Positions 15,780-24,265 are shown, numbered from the stretch's first letter. The stretch: DNA of 32,468 nucleotides from Clostridia bacterium (GCA_017466495.1 JAFTUB010000142.1:1-32468); one strand, 5' to 3'. Program-made: numbers and translations. Notes: generated by a model from the letters alone, not told the origin.

Positions 15780-17030
15780 ATGAAATTCACTCTGGGCTAT
15801 GCCAAAGAAGAAATCACCTTTACCCTGGATGACAAAAATCTTGCGGCGGTGATCACCCCCAATCCCCTGGATGTCCCCATCGGCGGCCGCGCCGAGGTGG
15901 AGCGGAGCCTGCGGGAACCCATCGGTGCGCCGCACCTGGGCGAGGTAGTCAAGCCGGGAGAGAAGGTGGTCATCATCACCAGCGACATCACCCGCCCCGT
16001 CCCCAGCTATGACGTGATCCCCCCGATTCTGGATGTACTCTCGGCGGCAGGAATCCCGGACGAGGACATTACGGTAGTCTTTGCCCTGGGCTCTCACCGC
16101 AAGCATAATGAGGAGGAACGCATCCGCCTGGTAGGCCGGGAGGTCTGTGCGCGTATCCGATGCATCGACTTTGATCCCGCCGACACGGTGCCCATGGGTG
16201 TGTCTGCGGCGGGAACCCCCTACGAGATCTTCACCCCCGTGGCCAAGGCCGACCGCCTCATCTGCGTGGGAAATATCGAGTTCCACTATTTCGCCGGCTA
16301 TTCCGGAGGAGCAAAGGCCGTCATGCCGGGGGTATGCAGCCGTGCCGCCATTCAGGCCAACCACGCCATGATGATCCGTGAGGGGGCCGAAACCGGTCGG
16401 CTGGAGGGCAATCCCGTCCGGGCCGACATTGAGGATGTGGTGCGCTTCCGTCCCATCGATTATATTGTCAATGTGGTGCTGGACGAGCACAAGAAGATCC
16501 TCCGAAGCTACGCCGGGCACTGGCTCCATGCCCATCGGGCGGGCTGTGCCTTCCTTGACACCCTCTACAAGGTGCCGATTCGGGAGAAGGCCGACATTGT
16601 CATCGTTTCGGTGGGAGGCTATCCTAAGGATCTGAACCTTTATCAGGCACAAAAGGGACTGGACAACGCCAAGTTTGCGGTAAAGGACGGGGGAACGGTG
16701 ATTCTCTGCGCCTCTTGCAAAGAGGGGCTGGGGGAGGCCTGCTTTGAGCAATGGATGACGGGCATGGCCCCCGAAGAGCGCATCGCCGAGATTCGCCGGA
16801 ACTTCCGCCTGGGCGGCCACAAGGCGGCGGCCATCGCCCTGGTGGCAAGGCAGGCCGAGCTCTGCCTGTTCAGCGACCTGGAGGCGGATTTTGTCCGCAG
16901 CCTGTATCTGACCCCCTTCGGCAGTCTTGATGCCGCCCTTACCTACGCCTTCGGCAAATACGGCGAGGATGCACGCATCACCGTCATGCCCTATGCCGGC
17001 TCCACCCTGCCCGATTATGTGGGGGAATGA
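15780..17030 (+). CDS. larA: nickel-pincer-cofactor-dependent lactate racemase family protein (LarA/DUF2088)
   Basis: ORF trimmed to ATG 15780 (AAAGGAGAAAC RBS). SDITRP, ALGSHR and FHYFAGYSGGAKA match LarA substrate and cofactor-binding motifs. Length is 416 aa. Confidence 0.85.
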   Translation: MKFTLGYAKEEITFTLDDKNLAAVITPNPLDVPIGGRAEVERSLREPIGAPHLGEVVKPGEKVVIITSDITRPVPSYDVIPPILDVLSAAGIPDEDITVVFALGSHRKHNEEERIRLVGREVCARIRCIDFDPADTVPMGVSAAGTPYEIFTPVAKADRLICVGNIEFHYFAGYSGGAKAVMPGVCSRAAIQANHAMMIREGAETGRLEGNPVRADIEDVVRFRPIDYIVNVVLDEHKKILRSYAGHWLHAHRAGCAFLDTLYKVPIREKADIVIVSVGGYPKDLNLYQAQKGLDNAKFAVKDGGTVILCASCKEGLGEACFEQWMTGMAPEERIAEIRRNFRLGGHKAAAIALVARQAELCLFSDLEADFVRSLYLTPFGSLDAALTYAFGKYGEDARITVMPYAGSTLPDYVGE

Positions 17031-17045
17031 GCCTGGTCTCACTGC

Positions 17046-17085
17046 AAAAAGAGGGATCCCGCCCATGGGCGGGATCCCTCTTTTT
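17046..17085. terminator. bidirectional rho-independent terminator after larA
   Basis: AAAAAGAGGGATCCCGCC (17046-17063) pairs with GGCGGGATCCCTCTTTTT (17068-17085) as a perfect palindrome around CATG. A/T runs sit on both sides. Confidence 0.8.
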
Positions 17086-17123
17086 CGGGCCAAAAATTCC
17101 CTCGAAAATTTTTCGCAGCCCTA

Positions 17124-17152
17124 TTGCAAGACAAAACAAAACGTGGTATGCT
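17124..17152 (+). promoter_or_regulatory. candidate promoter of the Y-family polymerase cassette
   Basis: TTGCAA (17124-17129), 17 nt, TGgTATGCT (17144-17152). Confidence 0.45.
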
Positions 17153-17177
17153 AAGGCCAGGCGAGGAGGTGATTTTG

Positions 17178-18692
17178 ATGGAAAAGCAGTATGTGTGCAT
17201 TGATCTGAAGTCCTTTTATGCGTCGGTGGAGTGCGTGGATCGCGGCCGTGACCCCATGAACACCCCTCTTGTGGTGGCCGATGTGCGCCGCACCGAGAAG
17301 ACCATCTGCCTCGCCGTCACCCCTCCCCTCAAGGCTTACGGCATCTCGGGACGTGCACGGCTCTTTGAGGTGATCCGCACCGTGAAGGAAGTCAATCGGG
17401 AACGTCAGCGGCTTGCTCCCGGAGGACGTCTGCGGGGCGCCTCGGTTTTTGATGCCGAGCTGCGGACTAACCCCGCCCTCGCCCTGGACTATCTCGCCGT
17501 GCCGCCACGGATGGCCCACTACATGGCCTGCAGTGCCCGCATTTATGCGGTCTATCTCAAATATGTTGCCCCCGAGGATATCCACGTCTACTCCATCGAC
17601 GAGGTCTTCATCGATCTCACGGCCTATCTGCGGCGATCGGGGAAAACCGCACGGGAATTCACCTCCATGATGATCGCCGACGTTCTGCGCACCACCGGCA
17701 TCACCGCCGCCGCAGGGATCGGCCCCAACCTCTACCTGGCCAAGATCGCCATGGACATAGAAGCCAAGCACGCCGAGCCCGACGAAAACGGCGTCCGCAT
17801 TGCAGAGTTGAACGAGATGAGCTACCGCCGCCGGCTGTGGGGACACCGCCCCATCACCGATTTCTGGCGGGTAGGGGCGGGGATCGCGAAGAAGCTGGCC
17901 GATGTGGGCATTTATACCATGGGGGATATTGCCCGCTGTTCCCTCGGTCGTGACGGAGACTTTTACCGGGAGGAGCTGCTTTTCAAGCTCTTCGGGGTGA
18001 ACGCCGAGCTGCTCATTGACCACGCCTGGGGCTATGAGCCATGCACCATCGCCGAAATCAAGGCCTACCGCCCCGAATCCAACAGCATCGGCTCGGGACA
18101 GGTGCTGCAGACCCCCTACACCGCTGCCCAGGCGCGGCTGGCGGTACGGGAAATGGCCGATCTGCTGGCGCTGGATTTAGTGGACAAAAGGCTGGTCACC
18201 GATCAGCTGGTGCTGACGGTGGGCTATGACATCGAGAATCTGCGGAACGGGAGAACCTATGCGGGGGAGGTCACGGAGGACCGCTACGGACGGAGGATCC
18301 CCCGCCACGCCCACGGCACCGCCAATCTGGAGTGTGCCACCTCCTCCGCCCGGCGCATCACCGCGGCGGTAAGCGCCCTCTACGACCGCATCGTTGACCC
18401 CAATCTGCTGATCCGCCGGCTCAATCTCACGGCCTGTCGGGTGGTGGACGAGGGGGATGCCCCTGCCCGTCCCGCCGCCGGGGCACAGCTGGATATTTTC
18501 ACCGATTTTGCCGAGCTGGAGCGAAAGCAGAAGGCCGAGGCAGCGGAACTGGAGCGGGAGAACAAGATGCAGCGGGCCATGATCACCCTCAAGAAAAAAT
18601 ACGGCAAAAACATCATCCTCAAGGGCATGAACTTAGAGGAGGATGCCACCGCGAGGGACCGCAACAGCCGCATCGGCGGCCACAAGGCTTAG
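17178..18692 (+). CDS. Y-family (DinB/UmuC/UvrX-like) translesion DNA polymerase
   Basis: Start at ATG 17178, 6 nt after GAGGAGGTG. YVCIDLKSFYASVECV is the palm motif I (D-x-x-x-FYASVE). Length is 504 aa, with a C-terminal extension ending RIGGHKA. Confidence 0.85.
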   Translation: MEKQYVCIDLKSFYASVECVDRGRDPMNTPLVVADVRRTEKTICLAVTPPLKAYGISGRARLFEVIRTVKEVNRERQRLAPGGRLRGASVFDAELRTNPALALDYLAVPPRMAHYMACSARIYAVYLKYVAPEDIHVYSIDEVFIDLTAYLRRSGKTAREFTSMMIADVLRTTGITAAAGIGPNLYLAKIAMDIEAKHAEPDENGVRIAELNEMSYRRRLWGHRPITDFWRVGAGIAKKLADVGIYTMGDIARCSLGRDGDFYREELLFKLFGVNAELLIDHAWGYEPCTIAEIKAYRPESNSIGSGQVLQTPYTAAQARLAVREMADLLALDLVDKRLVTDQLVLTVGYDIENLRNGRTYAGEVTEDRYGRRIPRHAHGTANLECATSSARRITAAVSALYDRIVDPNLLIRRLNLTACRVVDEGDAPARPAAGAQLDIFTDFAELERKQKAEAAELERENKMQRAMITLKKKYGKNIILKGMNLEEDATARDRNSRIGGHKA

Positions 18693-18700
18693 GAGGCAGT

Positions 18701-19126
18701 ATGCAGAATTACGACGATATCATCCACCTCTCCCGCCCGGAATCGGCGGCCCATCCTCCCATGCCGAGAGCGGCCAGAGCGGCGCAGTTTTCTCCCTTCG
18801 CCGCCCTGACGGGGTACGATGCCGCCATCCGGGAAACGGCGCGGCTCACCGACCGGGAGATCGAACTGGATGAGGATTCCCTGGCCATCCTGGACGCCCG
18901 GCTGCAATATCTGAACGAACACGCCACCGAGACTCCGCAGGTCACCCTCACCCACTTTGTCCCCGATTCCCGCAAGGACGGGGGCACCTACCGCCTCACC
19001 GATGGCAGGCTGAAGCAGATCGACACGGACAGACAGGAGCTCATCCTCTGCGATGGAAGAAAGATTTCCCTTTCCCACATCCTTGCGGTGGACTCCCCGC
19101 TGTTTGCCGGGACGGAATATGAATGA
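18701..19126 (+). CDS. YolD-like protein (accessory partner of Firmicute Y-family polymerases)
   Basis: 141-aa ORF starting 8 nt after the polymerase stop, behind TAGGAGG. MPRAARAAQFSPFAALTGYD resembles the conserved YolD-family core. The polymerase-then-YolD order mirrors uvrX-yolD and yqjW-yqjX of Bacillus. Confidence 0.7.
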   Translation: MQNYDDIIHLSRPESAAHPPMPRAARAAQFSPFAALTGYDAAIRETARLTDREIELDEDSLAILDARLQYLNEHATETPQVTLTHFVPDSRKDGGTYRLTDGRLKQIDTDRQELILCDGRKISLSHILAVDSPLFAGTEYE

Positions 19127-19223
19127 GAAGACCACAGATGATCTTCTCCACATGGATATGAACGCCGGGAAAAGCAAAGCCGAGTTTCAACCTGCATGAG
19201 AAAAATTCTCTCCAAACAGGTTA

Positions 19224-19251
19224 TTGTTTTGATCGGGAAATGTGCTATAAT
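19224..19251 (+). promoter_or_regulatory. candidate extended -10 promoter of the XRE-family regulator
   Basis: TTGTTT (19224-19229), 16 nt, TGcTATAAT (19243-19251). Confidence 0.45.
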
Positions 19252-19296
19252 CATATCAGGATAAGCGCTGATCCAAAACAAATTGGAGGAACAACG

Positions 19297-20109
19297 ATGA
19301 TCAAACTCGGAGAAAAAATCAAATCTTTACGAAAGCAGAAAAACATCTCCCAGGAGGTTTTTGCCAACTACCTCGGCGTATCCTTTCAAGCCGTTTCCAA
19401 ATGGGAAAACGGGAACACAATGCCCGATGTGACGATGATTCCTGCCATCGCATCCTTCTTCGGCGTTTCCACCGACGAACTTTTTGATTTCAATCTGTTT
19501 GAGACGGAAAAGCAGGTTGAGGCAATCTGCCACGAGGCATATCAATACCGTTTTTCCGACGCGGCAAAATCAGAGCGCATTTTGCGTGACGGGTTAGGGA
19601 GATTCCCCGGGAACGATATCATATTGAACAATCTGCTCTATACGTTGGATTATCAAACCTGAGCGGAAGAAGTCATCACGCTTTGCAAAACGCTCATAGA
19701 ATCTACCAGGGATGATTCCGTGAAGTATGATGCCTGCCGAATCCTCGCATCGTGCTACCGAGAAAACGGCCGGAATGATTTGGTCCGGCCTACGCTTGAA
19801 ATCATCCCCGAGATTTATTTTTCAAAATTAGAGCTGATGGCATCTCTTTTGGACGGAGACGACAGCTACGAGGCCGCACAGAAGCAGAAGAATATCTCCG
19901 CAGAAGACTTGATCGATATGCTGATCATTGCGGGCAAGCGTTTGAGGGAAAACGGCGAAACCGAAAAAGCCGAATCTCAGTTCAGGATTGCCCAAAAGGT
20001 AATGGATGCGTTTGCGGAAGATTTTGTGGAAGACAGATGGTTTACCGCTACCGTTTATGCATACACAAGCGAACAGCGCAAAGAGGTAGAAAGGCTGCTC
20101 GCGGAATAA
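19297..20109 (+). pseudogene. XRE-family HTH regulator with an all-helical TPR-like C-domain, interrupted by an in-frame TGA at 19660-19662
   Basis: ATG 19297 follows TTGGAGGAA. The HTH is ISQEVFANYLGVSFQAVSKWENG. The frame stops at TGA 19660-19662 (..LLYTLDYQT*). The same frame continues open (AEEVITLCKTLIESTRDDSVKYDACRILASCY...) into the 19720..20109 ORF. 19663 and 19720 are in phase, since 57 = 19x3. Confidence 0.6.
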
Positions 20110-20197
20110 ATTTCCGCCCGGTTTTGGTAAATCAAAACGCCACCACAAAATTCTGCGCTCTTTTGGTTGGGGATGGCTACAAATTCGGCAGAGGGTA

Positions 20198-20226
20198 TTG
20201 TTTGTTCTGTCGGTTTATGGTATAAT
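20198..20226 (+). promoter_or_regulatory. candidate extended -10 promoter of the small membrane protein gene
   Basis: TTGTTT (20198-20203), 17 nt, TGgTATAAT (20218-20226). Confidence 0.5.
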
Positions 20227-20277
20227 GGTGTGGGTGACGAGAACAGAGCAAAAAATTTGCCGCAAGGAGGTTGTCCC

Positions 20278-20769
20278 ATGAATCCCAAACAAAAAGAGGT
20301 ACGGTTATACAACGCATTGTTTCCTCTTTGGTCTTTGATGTTTTTTCCGCAGGTATGGCTCATCGTTATTCCCGGGAATTTCATCATTGACAGCATTGTG
20401 CTGATCATCAGCATGGCCGCGTTAAAGGTCGCCGATAAGAAGCTGTGTTACAAACAACATATATGGAAAATCTTCGGTTTCGGTATGCTCTCCGATGTCA
20501 TTGGCTCGGCATATATGATCCTGGTGATGGTGGTAGATGGTGTATTGGCCATAATATTGGACAAAACGCATTTATTCCGTATGGGTGATGAACCCCTTCT
20601 GACGATCCCCGCGCTGATCATATCGGCCGCGTTAATTTTTGTCTTCAACTACTTTATCACATTCAAAAAAATGGACAAACCGCTTCGCTTGAAAATGTCA
20701 ATCATATTTGCTGTGGTTACCGCACCGTATACGTTTTTAATCCCGTCAAGTTGGGTATACCAATACTAA
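20278..20769 (+). CDS. hypothetical polytopic membrane protein (about 4 TM)
   Basis: ORF trimmed to ATG 20278, which follows AAGGAGGT. The 163-aa product has four hydrophobic segments. Hand-counted 60-nt lines are 35-47% GC. No family was recognised. Confidence 0.55.
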   Translation: MNPKQKEVRLYNALFPLWSLMFFPQVWLIVIPGNFIIDSIVLIISMAALKVADKKLCYKQHIWKIFGFGMLSDVIGSAYMILVMVVDGVLAIILDKTHLFRMGDEPLLTIPALIISAALIFVFNYFITFKKMDKPLRLKMSIIFAVVTAPYTFLIPSSWVYQY

Positions 20770-20781
20770 GCCGAACAGCCA

Positions 20782-20820
20782 AAACACCCCGACAGAGCCA
20801 AAACATCTGTCGGGGTGTTT
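20782..20820. terminator. bidirectional terminator between convergent genes
   Basis: AAACACCCCGACAG (20782-20795) pairs with CTGTCGGGGTGTTT (20807-20820) across an 11-nt loop. Confidence 0.7.
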
Positions 20821-20824
20821 TCAT

Positions 20825-21757
20825 TCATCCGTTCACCAAAATCCACGCCGCCATGTCGTCGAGGACTTCGGCGGGGATGTGCCGCTCCCGGGAAAATTCC
20901 CGCTTGGCATCCGAAATTTTCCCGCTCAGCGCGGGGACAAAGGCGTGATTGAGGCCGGGATACAGGCGGAAGGTCACATTCTTCCGCTCACCCAACAGTT
21001 CCCGGTAGAGGGCGAAGTCAACTCCGGCCTTCACCTGGACGTCCATCTCCCCCTGCATCACCAGCATGGGCACCTGCACCTGCGCCAGATGGTCTGCCAC
21101 GGTGGGCTGTCCCATCTCCTTGAAGTAGTAGAGCGTGGTGCCGCCCCCCAGCCTTTGGGCTTTGGCCTCTTCGTCGGAGAGGTCATACAGCCCCTCAAAC
21201 TTGCGGCCCAGCTTGCGGATGGAGCCCCCTGCCAGCTTCCGCAGAAGAGCCGGCATCTCGGCCAGCATCTCACTGCTCTGCTCCATCAACACTTCCTCCA
21301 GCCGTCGGGGCGTGCCTGCCATGAGCACAAGCCCGGCGAAATCGCCCCCCTCAAGATGAATGCGGGGTGCCAGCATGGCGCCCATGCTGTGGCCGACGAT
21401 GAAAACTCGGTCCGGGTCGATGCGCGCATCCCGCCGCAGAAGCTCGGCGGCAAGGATGGCATCCTCCACCGTTTCTTCCCGCACGGTGATGGGGCCGCTC
21501 TTGTCCCGGAGCATGCGAAGGGCATGGGCGTAGGTCCGCTTGTCATAGCGCACCGAGGCAATGCCACGGGCGGAAAGCCCCTCGGCCAGATCCCGGAATG
21601 GGGTCAGCTTACCCACCTTCTCGTCCATGTTGCTGGAGCCCGACCCGTGGACAAAGACCGCAGCGGGGACCGGCCGCTCCGCGCCCTCGGGCAGGGTCAG
21701 CAGGCCGTTTAAGGGATAACGGGTGTTCTCACCCAAAACAATCTTTTCGCTGATCAT
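20825..21757 (-). CDS. alpha/beta-fold hydrolase
   Basis: 310-aa ORF. VGHSMGA is the G-x-S-x-G nucleophile elbow. FVHGSGSS is the oxyanion region, and a C-terminal LNHAF supplies the catalytic His. Confidence 0.8.
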   Translation of the reverse strand: MISEKIVLGENTRYPLNGLLTLPEGAERPVPAAVFVHGSGSSNMDEKVGKLTPFRDLAEGLSARGIASVRYDKRTYAHALRMLRDKSGPITVREETVEDAILAAELLRRDARIDPDRVFIVGHSMGAMLAPRIHLEGGDFAGLVLMAGTPRRLEEVLMEQSSEMLAEMPALLRKLAGGSIRKLGRKFEGLYDLSDEEAKAQRLGGGTTLYYFKEMGQPTVADHLAQVQVPMLVMQGEMDVQVKAGVDFALYRELLGERKNVTFRLYPGLNHAFVPALSGKISDAKREFSRERHIPAEVLDDMAAWILVNG

Positions 21758-22488
21758 GTGTTCTCCTCCGGTTTCTCTCGGTAGGTCTCCACGCAGTAGC
21801 CCCGGTGGCCGCAGCCGGGACAGGTCAGCTTCCGGGTCGTGGGCGTATGGGCAGCCCAGAAGGCCTGCCGGAATCGGGGAACGAAGATCTCATGGCAGTG
21901 GGGACAGATGTAGGACACCCGGGAGAAATAATACCGGGACACCCACACTCCATAGGGCACCGCCAGGGCGGTGTACACCAGGAAAGGCCACCAGATCCCC
22001 TTCGCGATCCATAGGACAATGGCCGCCCACTCCACCACCGCCATGGGAATGCCGGTGAGAAGCAGAACCGTGTGCAGGCGTCTCATCATTTTTTTGTTTT
22101 CCATGATCTGTGCCGCGTCGCCGATGGATTCCGGGGAAAAGCTCTCCTCCTGCGCCAGGTGTGCCCGCAGACCGCGGATGCGCTCCAGCTGGTGCTTCTT
22201 CTGCGCCAGCTCCACAGTCAGCCTTGCCTCCTGCTCCTCGAAGATCACGGCGATAACCTCCGCCGAGTTTTCCTCCTTGAGCAGGGATGCAATGGTATCG
22301 ATGGACATATCCAGCTCCCGCAGAAAACAGATGGTCCGCATACGGGAGAGGTCCTCCTCCGAGTAAAGCCGGCGGCCGCCCTCGGTCAAAGCCGTGGGCA
22401 CCAGGATTCCGCGGGTATCGTAGTACTGCACGGTCCGCACCGACACCCCGCAGAGCTTAGCCATTTCCCCGGTAGTATAATTGGACAC
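21754..22488 (-). CDS. MerR-family transcriptional regulator fused to two TM helices and a C-terminal Cys4 zinc-ribbon
   Basis: Start moved to GTG 22488, 6 nt after AAGGAGGTG; the upstream ATG 22521 lies inside the putative -10. The HTH is YTTGEMAKLCGVSVRTVQYYDTRGIL. Next come TM1 TVLLLTGIPMAVVEWAAIVLWIA and TM2 IWWPFLVYTALAVPYGVWV, then CPHC-x24-CPGC. It overlaps the hydrolase start by 4 nt. Confidence 0.8.
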   Translation of the reverse strand: MSNYTTGEMAKLCGVSVRTVQYYDTRGILVPTALTEGGRRLYSEEDLSRMRTICFLRELDMSIDTIASLLKEENSAEVIAVIFEEQEARLTVELAQKKHQLERIRGLRAHLAQEESFSPESIGDAAQIMENKKMMRRLHTVLLLTGIPMAVVEWAAIVLWIAKGIWWPFLVYTALAVPYGVWVSRYYFSRVSYICPHCHEIFVPRFRQAFWAAHTPTTRKLTCPGCGHRGYCVETYREKPEENT

Positions 22489-22578
22489 AGCACTCACCTC
22501 CTTGACGCAAGTATAGCACATTACGCCGCGTCACAAGCAACCCCTCACCCGGGGGGATTTTTTGTTATTTTTTATTTT

Positions 22579-23962
22579 TTACCCTTCCGACAGGGAATAT
22601 TCCCCTCTCCCCACCGCTTTTCGCTCGGCGGCGAGGACAATGGTAAAGTAAACCCCGCACAGCACAATCTGCAGGACGGTGGATGCAGGCGTGGCCATGC
22701 CGATGTGAAAAAGAGAAACGGGAGTGATGCGGCTGAACAGGAAGGACAGAGGCAGGCGCACGCCGATGCCGCCGATGATCCCCTGCAGCATAACAAAGGT
22801 CGTCTTCCCCAGACCGTTGAAGTAGCCGATGAAGCAGAACAGAAAGGCGGTCAGCAGGCAGTCAATGGCGTAGGCCTTGAGATATTCATGGGCGAGAGCA
22901 ACGATGGGGGCGTCCTTGGAAAAGATTCCCGCCAGCAGATCCCCATGGAAAAAGGTGAGATAGAACATCACCACACCCGCCGAAAAGGAGGTGAGCACGC
23001 CGCAGAGCAGTGCCCGCCGTGCCCGCTCGGGCTTACCTGCCCCGATATTCTGGGAAACGAAGGCCGCCATGGCCTGCATATACGCAGAAGGGAGGAGCAT
23101 GATGAAGCCGCAGACCTTCTCGGCCACCCCAACCCCCGCCGATTCACTCAGCCCAAGGCTGTTGACGATGGCCAGGATGGCAAGGAAGGAGATATTCACC
23201 AGCAGATCCTGCAGCGCAATGGGAACCCCCAGCCGCAGGGTCATGCCGATATCCCTCCATCGTGGGCGAATGAAGGAGGCACCGAAGGCAAAAGGCAGCG
23301 GTCGGCGGCGGATCATCAGGTAGGAGATCGCCACACTTACCGCCTGGGCAAAGACGGTGGCCACAGCAGCGCCCGCCGCGCCCATGCCAAAGCCCCCCAC
23401 CAACAGCAGGTCCCCCAAAATATTCAGCACGCAGGCAATGGCCACCGTGATCAGGGGGGGTCTTCGAGTCACCGATCCCACGGAAAATGCTGCCAAAGAG
23501 GTTATACGCGGTGATGAACACCGTTCCCGCCGAGCAGATGATCACATACCGAAGGGTGTCGGCAAAGGCGGCCGCGGGGGCCTGCATCAGCCGGGTAAAG
23601 GCGGGGGCAATCAAAATCATCACCGCGGTGAGGATCACCGACAGCCCGCCGAACAGGCAAATGCCGCTGCCGATAACCCGTCCCGCTTCCTCACGCTCTC
23701 CCGCGCCGATCTTCCGGCCCACCAATACCGTCAGTCCCATGGCCAGCCCCGTCACCACGAAGGTGAGGGTATACATGATCTGACTGCCGGTGGACACCGC
23801 CGACACATACACCTCGGCCATATCCCCGCCGAACCGTCCGACGATCAGCAGATCCGCCGCGCCGTACATGGCCTGCAGGAGCAGCGCCAGCAGAACCGGC
23901 AGCGCAAACCGCAGCAGGGGTGAGAGAATTTTCCCCTCGGTAAAATTCTGTGCTTGCTTCAT
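22579..23962 (-). pseudogene. MATE-family multidrug/toxin efflux transporter split by a +1 frameshift in a C7 (G7 on the + strand) homopolymer
   Basis: The N-terminal ORF (23962 downwards) is MATE-like up to ..FRGIGDSKTP, then turns into Gly/Pro/Cys-rich nonsense. The C-terminal ORF (22579..23496) is MATE-like from ..LITVAIACVLNILGDLLLV. The two frames meet at GGGGGGG 23454-23460. Removing one base gives DSKTPLITVAIAC, a continuous protein of about 460 aa. Confidence 0.8.
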
Positions 23963-24200
23963 TGATCTTCCTCCGTATCATGCCGTAAAAAAAGCACCGA
24001 ATAAGCATCACCGCGTGGGGCATCCCCTCTTATCCGGCCCCGCAATACGCTGCGGCAGCCTCCGACAGGATCCTTCTGCGACATCTTATCCGGCGCTGTA
24101 CTTACGATTTACAACATCCTCCGATGAACGGTTAACAGTATACCACATCCCGCCCCCAAAATCAAGCCCCGCGGCAAAGTTTCCCCCGTACATCGGCATC

Positions 24201-24240
24201 GAAAAAGCAAAAGGATGTCACGCCGCGGCGTGACATCCTT
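24201..24240 (-). terminator. rho-independent terminator after the 576-aa gene
   Basis: AAGGATGTCACGCC (24211-24224) pairs with GGCGTGACATCCTT (24227-24240) as a perfect palindrome. On the minus strand it is followed by TTGCTTTTTC. Confidence 0.7.
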
Positions 24241-24265
24241 GAATTGTATGGGAAACAAATGGGAA

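Noticed and set aside
19660-19662. Genome-wide TGA reassignment or selenocysteine as an explanation for the in-frame TGA.
   Set aside because: TGA terminates several well-defined genes in this window at the expected protein ends. No SECIS-like hairpin is evident just downstream, and the residue context is not a redox Cys/Sec site.
22541-22578. A CCCC/GGGG hairpin followed by a long T-rich run downstream of the MATE stop.
   Set aside because: The stem is only about 4 bp, and the T-run is on the + strand, opposite to the genes. It is probably just an A-rich spacer after the MATE stop.
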